Shown here: positions 1 to 9,182 of the stretch, piece after piece
How the letters are laid out: each line of letters starts with the position of its first letter
How positions within the stretch are numbered: the first letter of the stretch is position 1
Source of the DNA: Cyanobacteria bacterium UBA6446
GTDB lineage: Bacteria; Cyanobacteriota; Vampirovibrionia; Gastranaerophilales; Gastranaerophilaceae
Assembly: GCA_002438405.1 (NCBI GenBank)
Contig: DJOE01000004.1
Span: forward strand, 4,492-68,491
Length of the DNA: 64,000 bases
Direction: 5' to 3'
Position numbers and translations under genes: made by a program
The notes under the pieces: generated by a model
Database searches by the model: none
Told to the model about the DNA's origin: nothing
What the model saw: the letters and a program-made list of their open reading frames with translations, nothing else

Positions 1-60
1 AATTACTTCCATAGTTTTATTATATCCTAAAAAAACAACTTGTAAAAATTGTAAAAAAAG

Positions 61-1344
61 TTAATTAAATATAATTCCAACAATAGCCGCTGACATATAG
101 CAAGTTAAAGTTCCACAAATCAATGCTCTAACACCTAACCTTGCTAAATTCTTTCTTTGGTTAGGAGCAAGTTCGCCAATACCACCTAACAAAATAGCAA
201 TTGAACCTAAATTTCCAAAACTGCAGAGAGCAAAACTTGCAATTAAGAATGACTTAGCAGACAAGTGAACTGCCGGATTTGTTAAATCCATATAAGCAAC
301 CATTTCATTTAGAACGAGTTTTGTGCCCATCAAACCTCCAACAGTTGTTGCTTCTTTTAGTGGTACGCCCATTAGAGCTGCAAAAATTGCGAATATTTTA
401 CCTAAAATCATATTCAATGATAAATGAGATAAATCCATTCCAATACAAGTAAGATTGAAATGCAAATATTTAACAACCAAACTGCCAAAACCAGCCAAGA
501 ACCAATCAATCATTGCAACAAGAGCAACTAAAGCCAAAATCATTGCAACAACATTTATTGCAACTTTCATACCTTCAGATGCCCCAGATGAAATAGCATC
601 AAAAACATTGATATGAGTTCTATGACGTTTACTTACAGATATTTTAAAATCTTTACTAGTTTCAGGTACATTTACCTCCGGATAAACAATTTTAGAAATT
701 ACCAAAGCCCCCGGAGCTGCCATGATTGAAGAGGCTAACAAATACTGAGCTGGAATTCCCATTGCAATATAAATAGGCATTGTAGCACCAGAAATACAGG
801 CCAAACTTCCTGCCATTGATGCCAAAAGTTCAGATCGAGTTAAATTTGCCAAATATGGCTTAATCATGATTTGAGCAACGATTTGCCCAACAAATGCACT
901 AGCTACATTTGATAAAGCCTCCGCACCAGACACATCTAATAATTTATTCATGCCTTTACCCAAAACAGCAACAACTCTTTGCATAATTCCGTAATAGTAA
1001 AGCATGTTTACAAGTATCATCATAAATACCATTGAACAGATTAACTGCAATGCAAAAACAGAACCACCTTGGGTAAAGAATTCTCCGAATTTATCACTCA
1101 TCAATCCGCCAAAAACGAATTGTCCGCCTTGTTTTGCAAATACAAGTAGCTTTTGGATAAACAAGCCAATTGCCATAAATAATTTTTGCCCTATTGGTAC
1201 TTTAAAAACAAAAACAGCAAATAAAACTTGAAGTAAAAAGCCCATGCCAACTGTTTTATAATTGATTGCTTTTCTATTATTAGACATCAAATACGCAAGT
1301 CCAAAAATAAAAATTATTCCAAGAATTCCAATAAATCTACTCAT
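61..1344 (-). CDS. nupC: NupC/CNT-family concentrative nucleoside transporter (multi-pass membrane protein)
   Basis: The 427-aa ORF is hydrophobic throughout. Its N-terminal region and the 'FAKQGGQFVFGG' segment resemble the NupC pattern I remember ('FANEGTNFVFG'). Confidence 0.8.
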   Translation of the reverse strand: MSRFIGILGIIFIFGLAYLMSNNRKAINYKTVGMGFLLQVLFAVFVFKVPIGQKLFMAIGLFIQKLLVFAKQGGQFVFGGLMSDKFGEFFTQGGSVFALQLICSMVFMMILVNMLYYYGIMQRVVAVLGKGMNKLLDVSGAEALSNVASAFVGQIVAQIMIKPYLANLTRSELLASMAGSLACISGATMPIYIAMGIPAQYLLASSIMAAPGALVISKIVYPEVNVPETSKDFKISVSKRHRTHINVFDAISSGASEGMKVAINVVAMILALVALVAMIDWFLAGFGSLVVKYLHFNLTCIGMDLSHLSLNMILGKIFAIFAALMGVPLKEATTVGGLMGTKLVLNEMVAYMDLTNPAVHLSAKSFLIASFALCSFGNLGSIAILLGGIGELAPNQRKNLARLGVRALICGTLTCYMSAAIVGIIFN

Positions 1345-1441
1345 TTTACCCCTACCATTACTATACTATTTTATAATTATACAAAAAAAAGAAGCCTTAA
1401 CGACCTCTTTTTTAATAAAATGTGATAAAAGTTAATGTAAA

Positions 1442-2857
1442 TTACATTCCACTTTTCTTAAAAAATCCAATTATCTTATCTAACAATCCTTCAGAATCTT
1501 CTGACTCTCCGGAAACAGAAGCATCAAGCTTGTCTAATCTTGCTTTTGCCATTTTATAATCAACCGGATCTTTTACTAGTTCCAAGTATTCGTTATAAAC
1601 TTCAATTGCCTTGGAATTAGCTCTGATTTTTTCATAAGCTTTTGCAAGATTTTTCAAAGCGTTCAAGTCTTTTGGATCAACATCAACAATCTTTTCTAAA
1701 TAAGCTACTTGCATTTTATAATCACCAATTCCCTCACGGAATTGAGCTAACTTTGCAAGAGCTTCTTTATTTTTAGGATCAAGTTTGATAATTTTTTCAT
1801 AATATTCTGCCGCATGATTAACTTCGCCATTATCAGTCAACAACCCAGCTAAAGTAAACAATAAATCAATATCGTCATCTTTCAACTGAATAGCATTCAA
1901 AAATTCATTAATCGCAATATCAATATTTTTACGAGTTATATTATATCTACCCCAGTTAACGTGGGCATTATATTCATCACCCATTTCCTCATAAACCAAA
2001 GCTCTCATTTGGAATGTCAATGGAGAATTTGGTTGAATCTTATTGTATTCATCAATATACATTAATGCTTTTTCAAAATCCTTAGCGGAATAGCAATACT
2101 GAGCCATCAACGTAAAGTATTTTGGAGAAGTTTTTAAATCTTCAGGCAAAGATTTTAATTTTGTAAATGCTTCTTCAACGTCACCGATTTCTAACATACA
2201 TTGAATTTTTAATAATTCATCTTTTGTATATTCAATAGCTTTTTTCGCATCTCCACTTTTCAAATATACAGCTGCAAGAGCTTCATGAATTCTATCGGTA
2301 TCAAAACCTTTTTTAATTGCACGATTAAGAGCATCAATTGCACTGGAATAAGCTTCATCTTGCAAATACAAATCAGCAAGCTGTAAGAAAATTTCTTCAT
2401 GCAAATTATCGTATTCAAGAATTACATTATATTCATCAATAGCTTTGAGAGTTTGACCTGTTTGACGATATAAATTAGCAAGAGTTAAACGAGTCATAAC
2501 AATTTGAGTTTCTTCGGTTGCAACATGCAAAGCTTTTTTGAAATCGCTTATCGCAAAATCTAATTTTCCCTCAATTGAATTTTTATTTCCTCTATAAATA
2601 TAATATTTATATTTATCCGTATTTTCGTAAATAGTCATCAATTGCTCATAAGCTAAGGTATTTGTAACATCATGTTTAATGATTTCGTTATAATAGCCTG
2701 CAGCTTCTTCCGGCTTATCCAATATCAAAGACAAGTGACCAAGTCTTTCTAACAAACCTACATCATCTGGATTTTGTTCATAAACTTTTTTATATTCACG
2801 ATATGCATCTTCATATTGTTCGTTAGCTTCAAATTGTTCTGCTAATTGTAAACTCAT
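1442..2857 (-). CDS. TPR-repeat protein
   Basis: The 471-aa ORF contains many ~34-aa repeats with the A/Y/L spacing typical of tetratricopeptide repeats (e.g. 'YEDAYREYKKVYEQNPDD', 'AAEYYEKIIKLDPKN'). Confidence 0.75.
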   Translation of the reverse strand: MSLQLAEQFEANEQYEDAYREYKKVYEQNPDDVGLLERLGHLSLILDKPEEAAGYYNEIIKHDVTNTLAYEQLMTIYENTDKYKYYIYRGNKNSIEGKLDFAISDFKKALHVATEETQIVMTRLTLANLYRQTGQTLKAIDEYNVILEYDNLHEEIFLQLADLYLQDEAYSSAIDALNRAIKKGFDTDRIHEALAAVYLKSGDAKKAIEYTKDELLKIQCMLEIGDVEEAFTKLKSLPEDLKTSPKYFTLMAQYCYSAKDFEKALMYIDEYNKIQPNSPLTFQMRALVYEEMGDEYNAHVNWGRYNITRKNIDIAINEFLNAIQLKDDDIDLLFTLAGLLTDNGEVNHAAEYYEKIIKLDPKNKEALAKLAQFREGIGDYKMQVAYLEKIVDVDPKDLNALKNLAKAYEKIRANSKAIEVYNEYLELVKDPVDYKMAKARLDKLDASVSGESEDSEGLLDKIIGFFKKSGM

Positions 2858-2920
2858 TTACTCACTCCTTTAATATATTATGCTTATATTATTATATCAT
2901 TAAACCTAAGATTATTCAAT

Positions 2921-3478
2921 CTAGTTAAATTGATTTTGAGTTTTTTGCATGCCATTATCAAAATAATACTCCAATCCAGCAATAGCATTTTTTAAAACCG
3001 GTTTCAAAGATTCTAACTGGTCTTTATAGAAGTTCTGTAAAACAAAAGTTTCTGCAGGTACAGGAGGTTGAGGACCGATACCAATCTTCAATCTTGGAAT
3101 TTTAGAAGTTCCAACACATTTTATTACAGATTTAATACCGTTATGACCTCCATCAGAACCGTCAGGGCGAAATCTTATCTTGCCAAGTTCTAAAGATAAA
3201 TCATCATAAACAACAATAACATCTTCGACATCAATTTTGTAATAATTCATGACAGCAATAACAGCTTCTCCTGATAAATTCATAAAAGTTGTAGGCTTGA
3301 TTAACAAAATATCTTCCATACCTCTTTTGAATTTAGTCATAAAACATTTGAACTTTTTTTCTTCTTTAAAAGTCAAATCATTCATTATCGCCCACTTATC
3401 AATCACCATAAAACCGGTGTTATGACGAGTAAAACAATATTTGTCACCAACATTACCCAAACCGACTACTAATTTCAT
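2921..3478 (-). CDS. pth: peptidyl-tRNA hydrolase
   Basis: 'KLVVGLGNVGDKY..TRHNTGFMVID' and 'GHNGIKS' are canonical Pth motifs. The start is placed at the second Met (MKLVVGLGN), which matches Pth N-termini and has a GAGG upstream. The ORF track extends to 3496. Confidence 0.9.
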   Translation of the reverse strand: MKLVVGLGNVGDKYCFTRHNTGFMVIDKWAIMNDLTFKEEKKFKCFMTKFKRGMEDILLIKPTTFMNLSGEAVIAVMNYYKIDVEDVIVVYDDLSLELGKIRFRPDGSDGGHNGIKSVIKCVGTSKIPRLKIGIGPQPPVPAETFVLQNFYKDQLESLKPVLKNAIAGLEYYFDNGMQKTQNQFN

Positions 3479-3621
3479 TTTATAAAAACCTCTCATAATC
3501 TAAATAATACTTATATTTAGTATTTTAACGTAAATAAATATTACCGTAATGGTATAGCAAGATTAAGCTTAACAAAAAGATAAATAATTACTAAATTAAG
3601 AAAAAACAAAAGAGGTAAACA

Positions 3622-4182
3622 ATGAAAAATAAAATTACAAAAGAAAAAAGTTCTCAAAAAGTTGCAAAATTTTTAGAAAAAAACAATTTGCACAAAAAAG
3701 ATTTTGCAGAAATGATTGGAGTTACACTATCTTATGTTTACAATCTTATTGATGAAACAATTCCATTTTCAACAAGAAGTACAACACTAGAGAGAATTGC
3801 AACAGTCATGGATATTAAACCTGAGGAATTCGAAGAATATAAAATTCCACAAGAACCGATACTACAAGATGATACAATTGAATTGTTAAAAAGCATGCTA
3901 CATGACAAAAAAATGAGTATAGTAACATTTTTAAAATCTTTCCCGAGGAAAAAGAGAGTTGATATTGTTGACATGCTTCGAGGAGCTTATCCTATTCCCA
4001 TTGATTTTAAAGAGTTGAACATGATTGGACAGATTTTGGAACTTGATAAAAATGATATTTATAATATTTGGGAAGAGAGGGTTAAACAAGTCCTTGAAAC
4101 CAATGGAATGAACCTAAATAACAATGCCGCATTAATAAATTCAATGTTTGAATGTGCAAGAAAACATATCGATGTTGATTAA
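3622..4182 (+). CDS. XRE-type helix-turn-helix protein with an uncharacterised C-terminal domain
   Basis: The 186-aa ORF has an N-terminal 'KKDFAEMIGVTLSYVYNLI', a typical XRE/Cro HTH. An AGAGG RBS lies 6 nt upstream of the ATG. Confidence 0.6.
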   Translation: MKNKITKEKSSQKVAKFLEKNNLHKKDFAEMIGVTLSYVYNLIDETIPFSTRSTTLERIATVMDIKPEEFEEYKIPQEPILQDDTIELLKSMLHDKKMSIVTFLKSFPRKKRVDIVDMLRGAYPIPIDFKELNMIGQILELDKNDIYNIWEERVKQVLETNGMNLNNNAALINSMFECARKHIDVD

Positions 4183-4183
4183 G

Positions 4184-4210
4184 AATCCGCAAATTGCGGA
4201 TTCTTTTTGA
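4184..4210 (+). terminator. rho-independent terminator after the HTH gene
   Basis: Perfect hairpin GAATCCGCAA/TTGCGGATTC followed by a TTTTT run immediately after the stop codon. Confidence 0.6.
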
Positions 4211-4279
4211 TTTTTAGAGCTATTTATATTGAGATATAGAAGAATTTTGGTTTATTTTTCAAATTTTATAAAAAAACTG

Positions 4280-4308
4280 TTGACTTTTAAAAATGTTCTT
4301 GTTACTAT
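4280..4308 (+). promoter_or_regulatory. sigma70-like promoter for tRNA-Lys
   Basis: TTGACT, 17-nt spacer, TACTAT, about 50 nt upstream of the tRNA 5' end. Confidence 0.45.
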
Positions 4309-4361
4309 GAGTACACACGGTGAGTTCACCGATAGCTAAAGGAAATATGAATAGACAATAT

Positions 4362-4434
4362 GCGCTTGTAGCTCAGCAGGTAGAGCACTCCCCTTTTAAG
4401 GGATAGGTCACGCGTTCGAATCGCGTCAAGCGCA
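4362..4434 (+). tRNA. tRNA-Lys (anticodon UUU)
   Basis: Folded by hand into a cloverleaf: acceptor GCGCTTG/CAAGCGC, D arm GCTC..GAGC, anticodon loop CTTTTAA, T arm ACGCG-TTCGAAT-CGCGT, discriminator A. CCA is not encoded. Confidence 0.9.
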
Positions 4435-4505
4435 AATTTTTTATTATAAAAGGGGGCTGATACCCTTTTTATTTTTGTCATTTTTACTAAAAGCAATTCG
4501 CAATC

Positions 4506-4534
4506 TTGAAACCTTTCCAAAAATTTGTTATACT
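4506..4534 (+). promoter_or_regulatory. sigma70-like promoter reading into the pilin-leader remnant and repeat element
   Basis: TTGAAA, 17-nt spacer, TATACT. Confidence 0.4.
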
Positions 4535-4574
4535 CTTTAGGGAAATGAAAATTTAATGAAAGAAATTAAGAATA

Positions 4575-4685
4575 TGCCAAAACGCAGATATAACAAGCAT
4601 TTTAGGGAGAGTAGCCCGTAATAGTCTTGTAGCAAAGGTTTTAACCGATAAAAAAATAGATTTAACCGTATATTTGATAAAAAAT
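4575..4685 (+). pseudogene. truncated remnant of a pilin-like gene 5' leader
   Basis: 'atgccaaaacgcagatataac...cttgtagcaaaggttttaaccg...aaaaaaatagatttaacc' aligns by eye with the 5' end of the pilin-like gene at 59018 ('atgtcaaaacgcagtcatagaac...cttgtagagaggttttcagcgg...aaaaaatttgctttcacc'). The ORF stops after 15 codons, and no pilin body follows. Confidence 0.35.
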
Positions 4686-4735
4686 CAAATTCTAATACTT
4701 TACACGGTTATAAAAAAGAACATTATAACATCTCC

Positions 4736-5004
4736 TCGTGTTATGGATTGTTACGTCACTCTCCTTATAATGCCTCGCATAAAACGTGCCTCCGAGCCTG
4801 CCGACTAGTCCTGCAGACAGCCAATCGATTCGGCAGGCTACTCCGCACTCCGCTCGGCTTACACAATGACATGACTTTTTTACATGTCATTACGAGGAAA
4901 CAAGCCGAGCAAATTTTAGAGCAGTCTATACGGAGTGACGTAGTAATCTTGAACACTGAATAAAGACATTACCCACCCTAGCGCTCAGCCATAAATGGGC
5001 GAGG
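4736..5004. repeat. GC-rich composite inverted-repeat element (copy A of a mosaic repeat family)
   Basis: It has imperfect 24-nt terminal inverted repeats (4738-4761 vs 4933-4956, 19/24). An 89-nt module (4772-4860) is 82/89 identical to 59075-59163. An 80-nt module (4882-4961) is 74/80 identical to the reverse complement of 57601-57680. The 'ccataaatgggcgagg' tail is shared with 57715-57732. Confidence 0.7.
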
Positions 5005-5012
5005 AAAAAATT

Positions 5013-5642
5013 TTAATCTGAATTTACAAAGGTTTCTGAATCATTTTCTATTACAATTGCAGTCAATGGAGCATTTTTATATTTGCCACAACCGGTATCT
5101 ATACAAATTTTATCATCTTGTACTTGCGGTTCATCAAATTCGGTATGTCCAAAAATAATTTTATATGGGAAAGAATGCTTTTTATTATAAAATTCTGAAC
5201 GAATATAAACCATGTCTTCTTCGTTCTGTTCTTCAATTGGAATTCCGTTACGTAATCCAGCATGGACAAACAAATATTTTCCCTCTATATGATAGAATTT
5301 TAAATTCCTAAAAAATTCACCATGAATTTTCATTATATTTTCAAAACTTCCGTAACTTTTAACTGTAGAATCCCCGCCATAATTCCAAAACAAATAATTG
5401 TAATAGTCATCAGTTTTGGCATGCATCATTGCATATTCGTGAGAACCGATTAAATAAACACAATGACATACATCACCAAGCTCAATCAATTTATCTACAA
5501 CATCTCGAGATTTCAAACCCCTGTCAATATAATCACCCATGAAGACAATTTTATCTTCTTTTTGAGGTGATATTTTATCAATAACAGCACAAAGTTTGTC
5601 ATACTCGCCATGTATATCCGATATTCCAATTAATCTTGCCAT
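5013..5642 (-). CDS. metallophosphoesterase (PPP-family Ser/Thr phosphatase / ApaH-like)
   Basis: 'ISDIHGEYD', 'GDYIDRG' and 'GSHE' match the DxH / GDxxDRG / GNHE calcineurin-like phosphoesterase motifs. Confidence 0.8.
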   Translation of the reverse strand: MARLIGISDIHGEYDKLCAVIDKISPQKEDKIVFMGDYIDRGLKSRDVVDKLIELGDVCHCVYLIGSHEYAMMHAKTDDYYNYLFWNYGGDSTVKSYGSFENIMKIHGEFFRNLKFYHIEGKYLFVHAGLRNGIPIEEQNEEDMVYIRSEFYNKKHSFPYKIIFGHTEFDEPQVQDDKICIDTGCGKYKNAPLTAIVIENDSETFVNSD

Positions 5643-5723
5643 ACTTATAACGTATAATAAAAAAATTTACAATACAAATGTAAATAATTGCACTTATAAA
5701 AAATTTTGGTTATAATCAAGTTG

Positions 5724-6107
5724 ATGAAAAATCTAATGAAACTATTCTTAATTGTATTTATGTTTTTTGCAACTCTCGGCGCAAATGCTGGAGAGCTAAA
5801 TGTCAATCATTTGACAAATCATATAAATACAATTCAAACAGAAAGTTCGCAAAAACCGTATATTGAGGGTAAGACAGCTACTCCAAAGTATTATGCTCCG
5901 GCTAATCAAAATACGGTTGCAGTATTATTTTCATCTATCAAAAATGACTCAAATACTAATTTTACAAATTATAAAAATGGTGTAAGTCCTGAAAATAACC
6001 AATTTTCACTTCTAATTTCTTACATTTATAACAAGTCATATTTATTGACTGAAACTTTCAGGACAAAAAACTTTCCATTGACTGAAATTAACCGGAATGC
6101 TCCGTAA
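5724..6107 (+). CDS. hypothetical secreted protein
   Basis: The start is placed at the ATG giving 'MKNLMKLFLIVFMFFATLGANA', a signal-peptide-like N-terminus. The ORF track starts at an upstream TTG (5706). No family was recognised. Confidence 0.5.
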   Translation: MKNLMKLFLIVFMFFATLGANAGELNVNHLTNHINTIQTESSQKPYIEGKTATPKYYAPANQNTVAVLFSSIKNDSNTNFTNYKNGVSPENNQFSLLISYIYNKSYLLTETFRTKNFPLTEINRNAP

Positions 6108-6195
6108 TAACTTATTATTTATATTTCTTATGTATTGATTATTTTTATAATCAATTGGTTTTGTTACGAAAAATTAAATAATAAGGAGAATTACT

Positions 6196-6342
6196 ATGTC
6201 TGAAATCGAAAACACAAACGTAGAACAAAAACTTGATAAAAAACACTTTGATGAATCAAGTGGAACCGGTGTATTAGGTTCAATAATATTTATGGGTGTT
6301 ATGATTGTATTTATGATTGTTTTGGCGAATTTTGTACACTAA
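6196..6342 (+). CDS. small (48 aa) single-pass membrane protein, not in the ORF track
   Basis: An AAGGAGA RBS lies 6 nt before the ATG. The product is MSEIENTNVEQKLDKKHFDESSGTGVLGSIIFMGVMIVFMIVLANFVH, with one C-terminal TM helix. A hairpin follows the ORF. Confidence 0.5.
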   Translation: MSEIENTNVEQKLDKKHFDESSGTGVLGSIIFMGVMIVFMIVLANFVH

Positions 6343-6389
6343 TAAAAACATATAAATAATTCATTCATTTTTATTTACGCCAAATTAGT

Positions 6390-6418
6390 GGGCGAAGTTT
6401 AGATATAAACTTCGCCCA
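6390..6418. terminator. hairpin between convergent genes (probable bidirectional terminator)
   Basis: GGGCGAAGTTT / AAACTTCGCCC stem with a 7-nt loop, located between the small ORF (+) and the 866-aa gene (-). Confidence 0.5.
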
Positions 6419-6439
6419 TTCTTTATAATATTAAAAGAG

Positions 6440-9040
6440 TTATGCAGCTTTTTTATTATCTATTGCTGCAGCGACCTTTTGTCTTGATTGGTGCATATAC
6501 ATGTAAATACCACCTGCAATAGCCAATGTTCCAACTGCAATAGCAAGAATCATTTTAACCGGTCTAGATTTAGATTGTTTTAGAACTTTTTCTAAATCTT
6601 CCTTATATTCTCCAATTACACCCATTACACGGTTCATAGGCTTTTTATTTCTAGCTTCCCATCCTTTATCTGTTTCTAAAATCGTATCTAAGTAAACCCT
6701 GTTTGCAGATTTGCCGAAATTGTATTCGCCGTTATTGTGCCAATCCACAAGCTCTTCAATATTTTTCTTAGATTTTGCAATATATAAATCTTTATGATTA
6801 GTATATTCATCAATCATTTGCTTGAAAATATCAGCAACTTGCGGAGCTTGGTGGTTAACACGAGCATCATCAATTTCTTTTGCAGAATTTGCCCAACTCA
6901 AACCGTAACGTTCAGGTCTTCCCTCAACAACATCTTTAGTCAAAAATCCGTTTTTAGGATTTGTATAATCTACCGGACCACCAGTCTTAGTTGAACCATA
7001 AGGAGTTCCGGCGATTTTACATTCAATAGGTGTAATTCCGTACATTTCACGTCTTGAAGTAAATAACCCATAATGAGAACAACCTGTAAGTCTATTGGGA
7101 GTAAATCCATCAACATACATAATATTGTTTTTATATTTGCCACCGTCTAAAGCCCAAATAGTTTCTAAATCTTTTTTAACAGCTTTGTAATCGTCTGCAT
7201 CTTTATTCCAAGGACCTGCACCTAGCAAAACTTTTACTTTTTTCTTGGTATCTTCCGGAATATCTTTTCTCGTTAAGAAATCCAAATACCCCTTAGTGGT
7301 TATAGGGAAACCTTTTTGCTCATCTGGACGACCAAAACCAAAGACTAAAATTTCACCATCTTTGATTGGAGATAAATAGCCCATTACATTGTGACCGTCT
7401 TGAATTTGACCTTTATTAAAGAACAATTCATTCAATGCATCTTGTCCTTTTTCACCCGCTTTCCAGATTAAATCAGTTAACCAACGAGCATTTTTCTCTT
7501 TAGCGGCAATAACTTCTTCAATATTTTGAGCCTTAAAATCATATTTGAAAGGAGTATAACCAGTTGCAGCTTCTTTTGTTAAGCCATTACCACCACGGCC
7601 AAAGTTTGCATCTTGAACATCAAATGCCATATTTGCAGGAGTAACACCATTACCAACGGATTTTGTCTTGATTTTGGCAAAATCTTCCGTCAAGAATTTA
7701 GCTGCATCTGGAGTTTCCGGAGATTTCATTTCTTTATCAAAAGTATGAGAAACTGTACCAACAGAAATATTGTCCGGATTTACTCGAGAAGATGAAATCC
7801 CAACTTTCAAGATGTTATAAGTCCCAGCACCATCTCTAAATGGAGCTACCATAGGATCAATTACAGAGTGTGCGATAGCTCTTTCTCTTGGAGTTAAAGC
7901 TTCTGAATCAAGTCCATGTTGTTTTGCTTTTTGCAAGATATCAAAATATGGAGAATTTTTTAATGCAACGGCATCACTTTCATCTCCAACAACAGCCAAA
8001 AACTTCATCGGGTCAGAAGTCATACCTTGATAATTTCTTCCGGTATTGTGGTCAATAATATGAGCCTTAACACCATTTACCGCTGAATCACCGGCTGCAG
8101 ACATATTTGCAATATGATTTCCATAAGTGTTTGCAACTCTATCGTGGCACAACACACTTGCAGGATCAAAGAAACCAAATTCTTCAGTATTCATCTGTTT
8201 ATGAATAGAATTTGCCAAGGCTTTCATACCATCAGAATTGACAATTTCTGCTTCAAAAGGAACATTTCCCCAACAATCATATGAATAAGGTTTTGAAGCT
8301 CTTGCTAATTGAGGTGTATAAATAAAGTAGTTAGGTTGTCCTACCAATCTGTTATATGACGGATTTTTATCGGCAATTTTAAACAAACGATAAGGAATTT
8401 TATCAACTTCACCTAATTTTGAATCGGACAAATGAGAAATTTCACCCTTGACACTAGTTGGTTCAATTACACAATATCTTGACATTGCATCTGGTCCACT
8501 TCCATTTGGACGACTTTGAATTACATAACTTATTTCATCTAAAGAAACATTATTTTTCTTGGCAACAGATTCAATATCTTCACCTAATTCTGCGCTATAA
8601 AAATATTTCGCAGGCATGGTGTCATTAGCCTTAGTTGCATTTAATTCAGAAGATGGAATTCCCTTGTGAATTAAGAATTTATAACCACCTTTTGGATTAT
8701 TATATTCCCAAAAAGTCATAAAGCTTCGTGCATCTACACTTTTCTCTGCTCTTTCTCCGTTTGGCATTTTTACATTAACTTTTTCGTGCTTTCTTAAACT
8801 TGTAGGAAGTTCATAACCAACAACACCTTCACCGCCTTGAGATGCCTCCGGAAGTCCTAACCCCGAATTTTCAGGAGTAATTGAAGCAACTTGCCACATA
8901 TTTTTTCCTGTAAAAGACAATCGAACAAAATTTGACCTTGACATTGATTGAACTTGATTTGATGAATTAACCCCACTAGAATGATATCCACGTTTTGCAC
9001 CCCTTGCAATAGGATAATTTTGAACTAAATCTACACGCAT
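6440..9040 (-). CDS. large glycogen/starch-synthase-like (GT5-type) glycosyltransferase with a C-terminal membrane anchor
   Basis: The layout matches glycogen synthase as I remember it. There is an N-terminal 'ITPENSGLGLPEASQGGEGVVGYELPTSL' (compare 'EV.P..KTGGLADVVGALP.AL'). Further along come 'CHDRVAN', 'IIDHN', 'NILKVGI', 'GFGRPDEQKGF' and 'KVLLGAGPW'. The C-terminal core is 'FTSRREMYGITPIECKIAGTPYGSTKTGGPVDY'. The last ~30 aa form a TM helix (MILAIAVGTLAIAGGIYMYM). An AGGA RBS precedes the ATG. Confidence 0.65.
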   Translation of the reverse strand: MRVDLVQNYPIARGAKRGYHSSGVNSSNQVQSMSRSNFVRLSFTGKNMWQVASITPENSGLGLPEASQGGEGVVGYELPTSLRKHEKVNVKMPNGERAEKSVDARSFMTFWEYNNPKGGYKFLIHKGIPSSELNATKANDTMPAKYFYSAELGEDIESVAKKNNVSLDEISYVIQSRPNGSGPDAMSRYCVIEPTSVKGEISHLSDSKLGEVDKIPYRLFKIADKNPSYNRLVGQPNYFIYTPQLARASKPYSYDCWGNVPFEAEIVNSDGMKALANSIHKQMNTEEFGFFDPASVLCHDRVANTYGNHIANMSAAGDSAVNGVKAHIIDHNTGRNYQGMTSDPMKFLAVVGDESDAVALKNSPYFDILQKAKQHGLDSEALTPRERAIAHSVIDPMVAPFRDGAGTYNILKVGISSSRVNPDNISVGTVSHTFDKEMKSPETPDAAKFLTEDFAKIKTKSVGNGVTPANMAFDVQDANFGRGGNGLTKEAATGYTPFKYDFKAQNIEEVIAAKEKNARWLTDLIWKAGEKGQDALNELFFNKGQIQDGHNVMGYLSPIKDGEILVFGFGRPDEQKGFPITTKGYLDFLTRKDIPEDTKKKVKVLLGAGPWNKDADDYKAVKKDLETIWALDGGKYKNNIMYVDGFTPNRLTGCSHYGLFTSRREMYGITPIECKIAGTPYGSTKTGGPVDYTNPKNGFLTKDVVEGRPERYGLSWANSAKEIDDARVNHQAPQVADIFKQMIDEYTNHKDLYIAKSKKNIEELVDWHNNGEYNFGKSANRVYLDTILETDKGWEARNKKPMNRVMGVIGEYKEDLEKVLKQSKSRPVKMILAIAVGTLAIAGGIYMYMHQSRQKVAAAIDNKKAA

Positions 9041-9182
9041 AATTTCCTACCTTTATTTAATTAATATAAACATGCCCTATTTTTAATAATAAAAACGATA
9101 AAAATAAAATTTAATACTTGATACAGAAAATATTAAGAATTATTACGGGAACAGAATAAATCCATTCCCGTAATTAACTTAT

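Noticed and set aside
4451-4470. 'GGGGCTGA' just after tRNA-Lys, resembling the 5' end of tmRNA.
   Set aside because: No tRNA-like 3' domain, tag reading frame or resume codon follows. The sequence is simply part of a weak terminator hairpin (AAAAGGG/CCCTTTT plus a T run).
4326-4520. 64-aa ORF on the minus strand from the ORF track.
   Set aside because: It runs antisense straight through tRNA-Lys and its terminator. It has no RBS and is spurious.
4748-4963. Two overlapping ORFs (71 aa on + and 63 aa on -) inside the repeat element.
   Set aside because: Both lie entirely in the GC-rich inverted-repeat element, where stops are rare on both strands. The same sequence occurs elsewhere in the other orientation. 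There is no RBS, so this is repeat DNA rather than genes.
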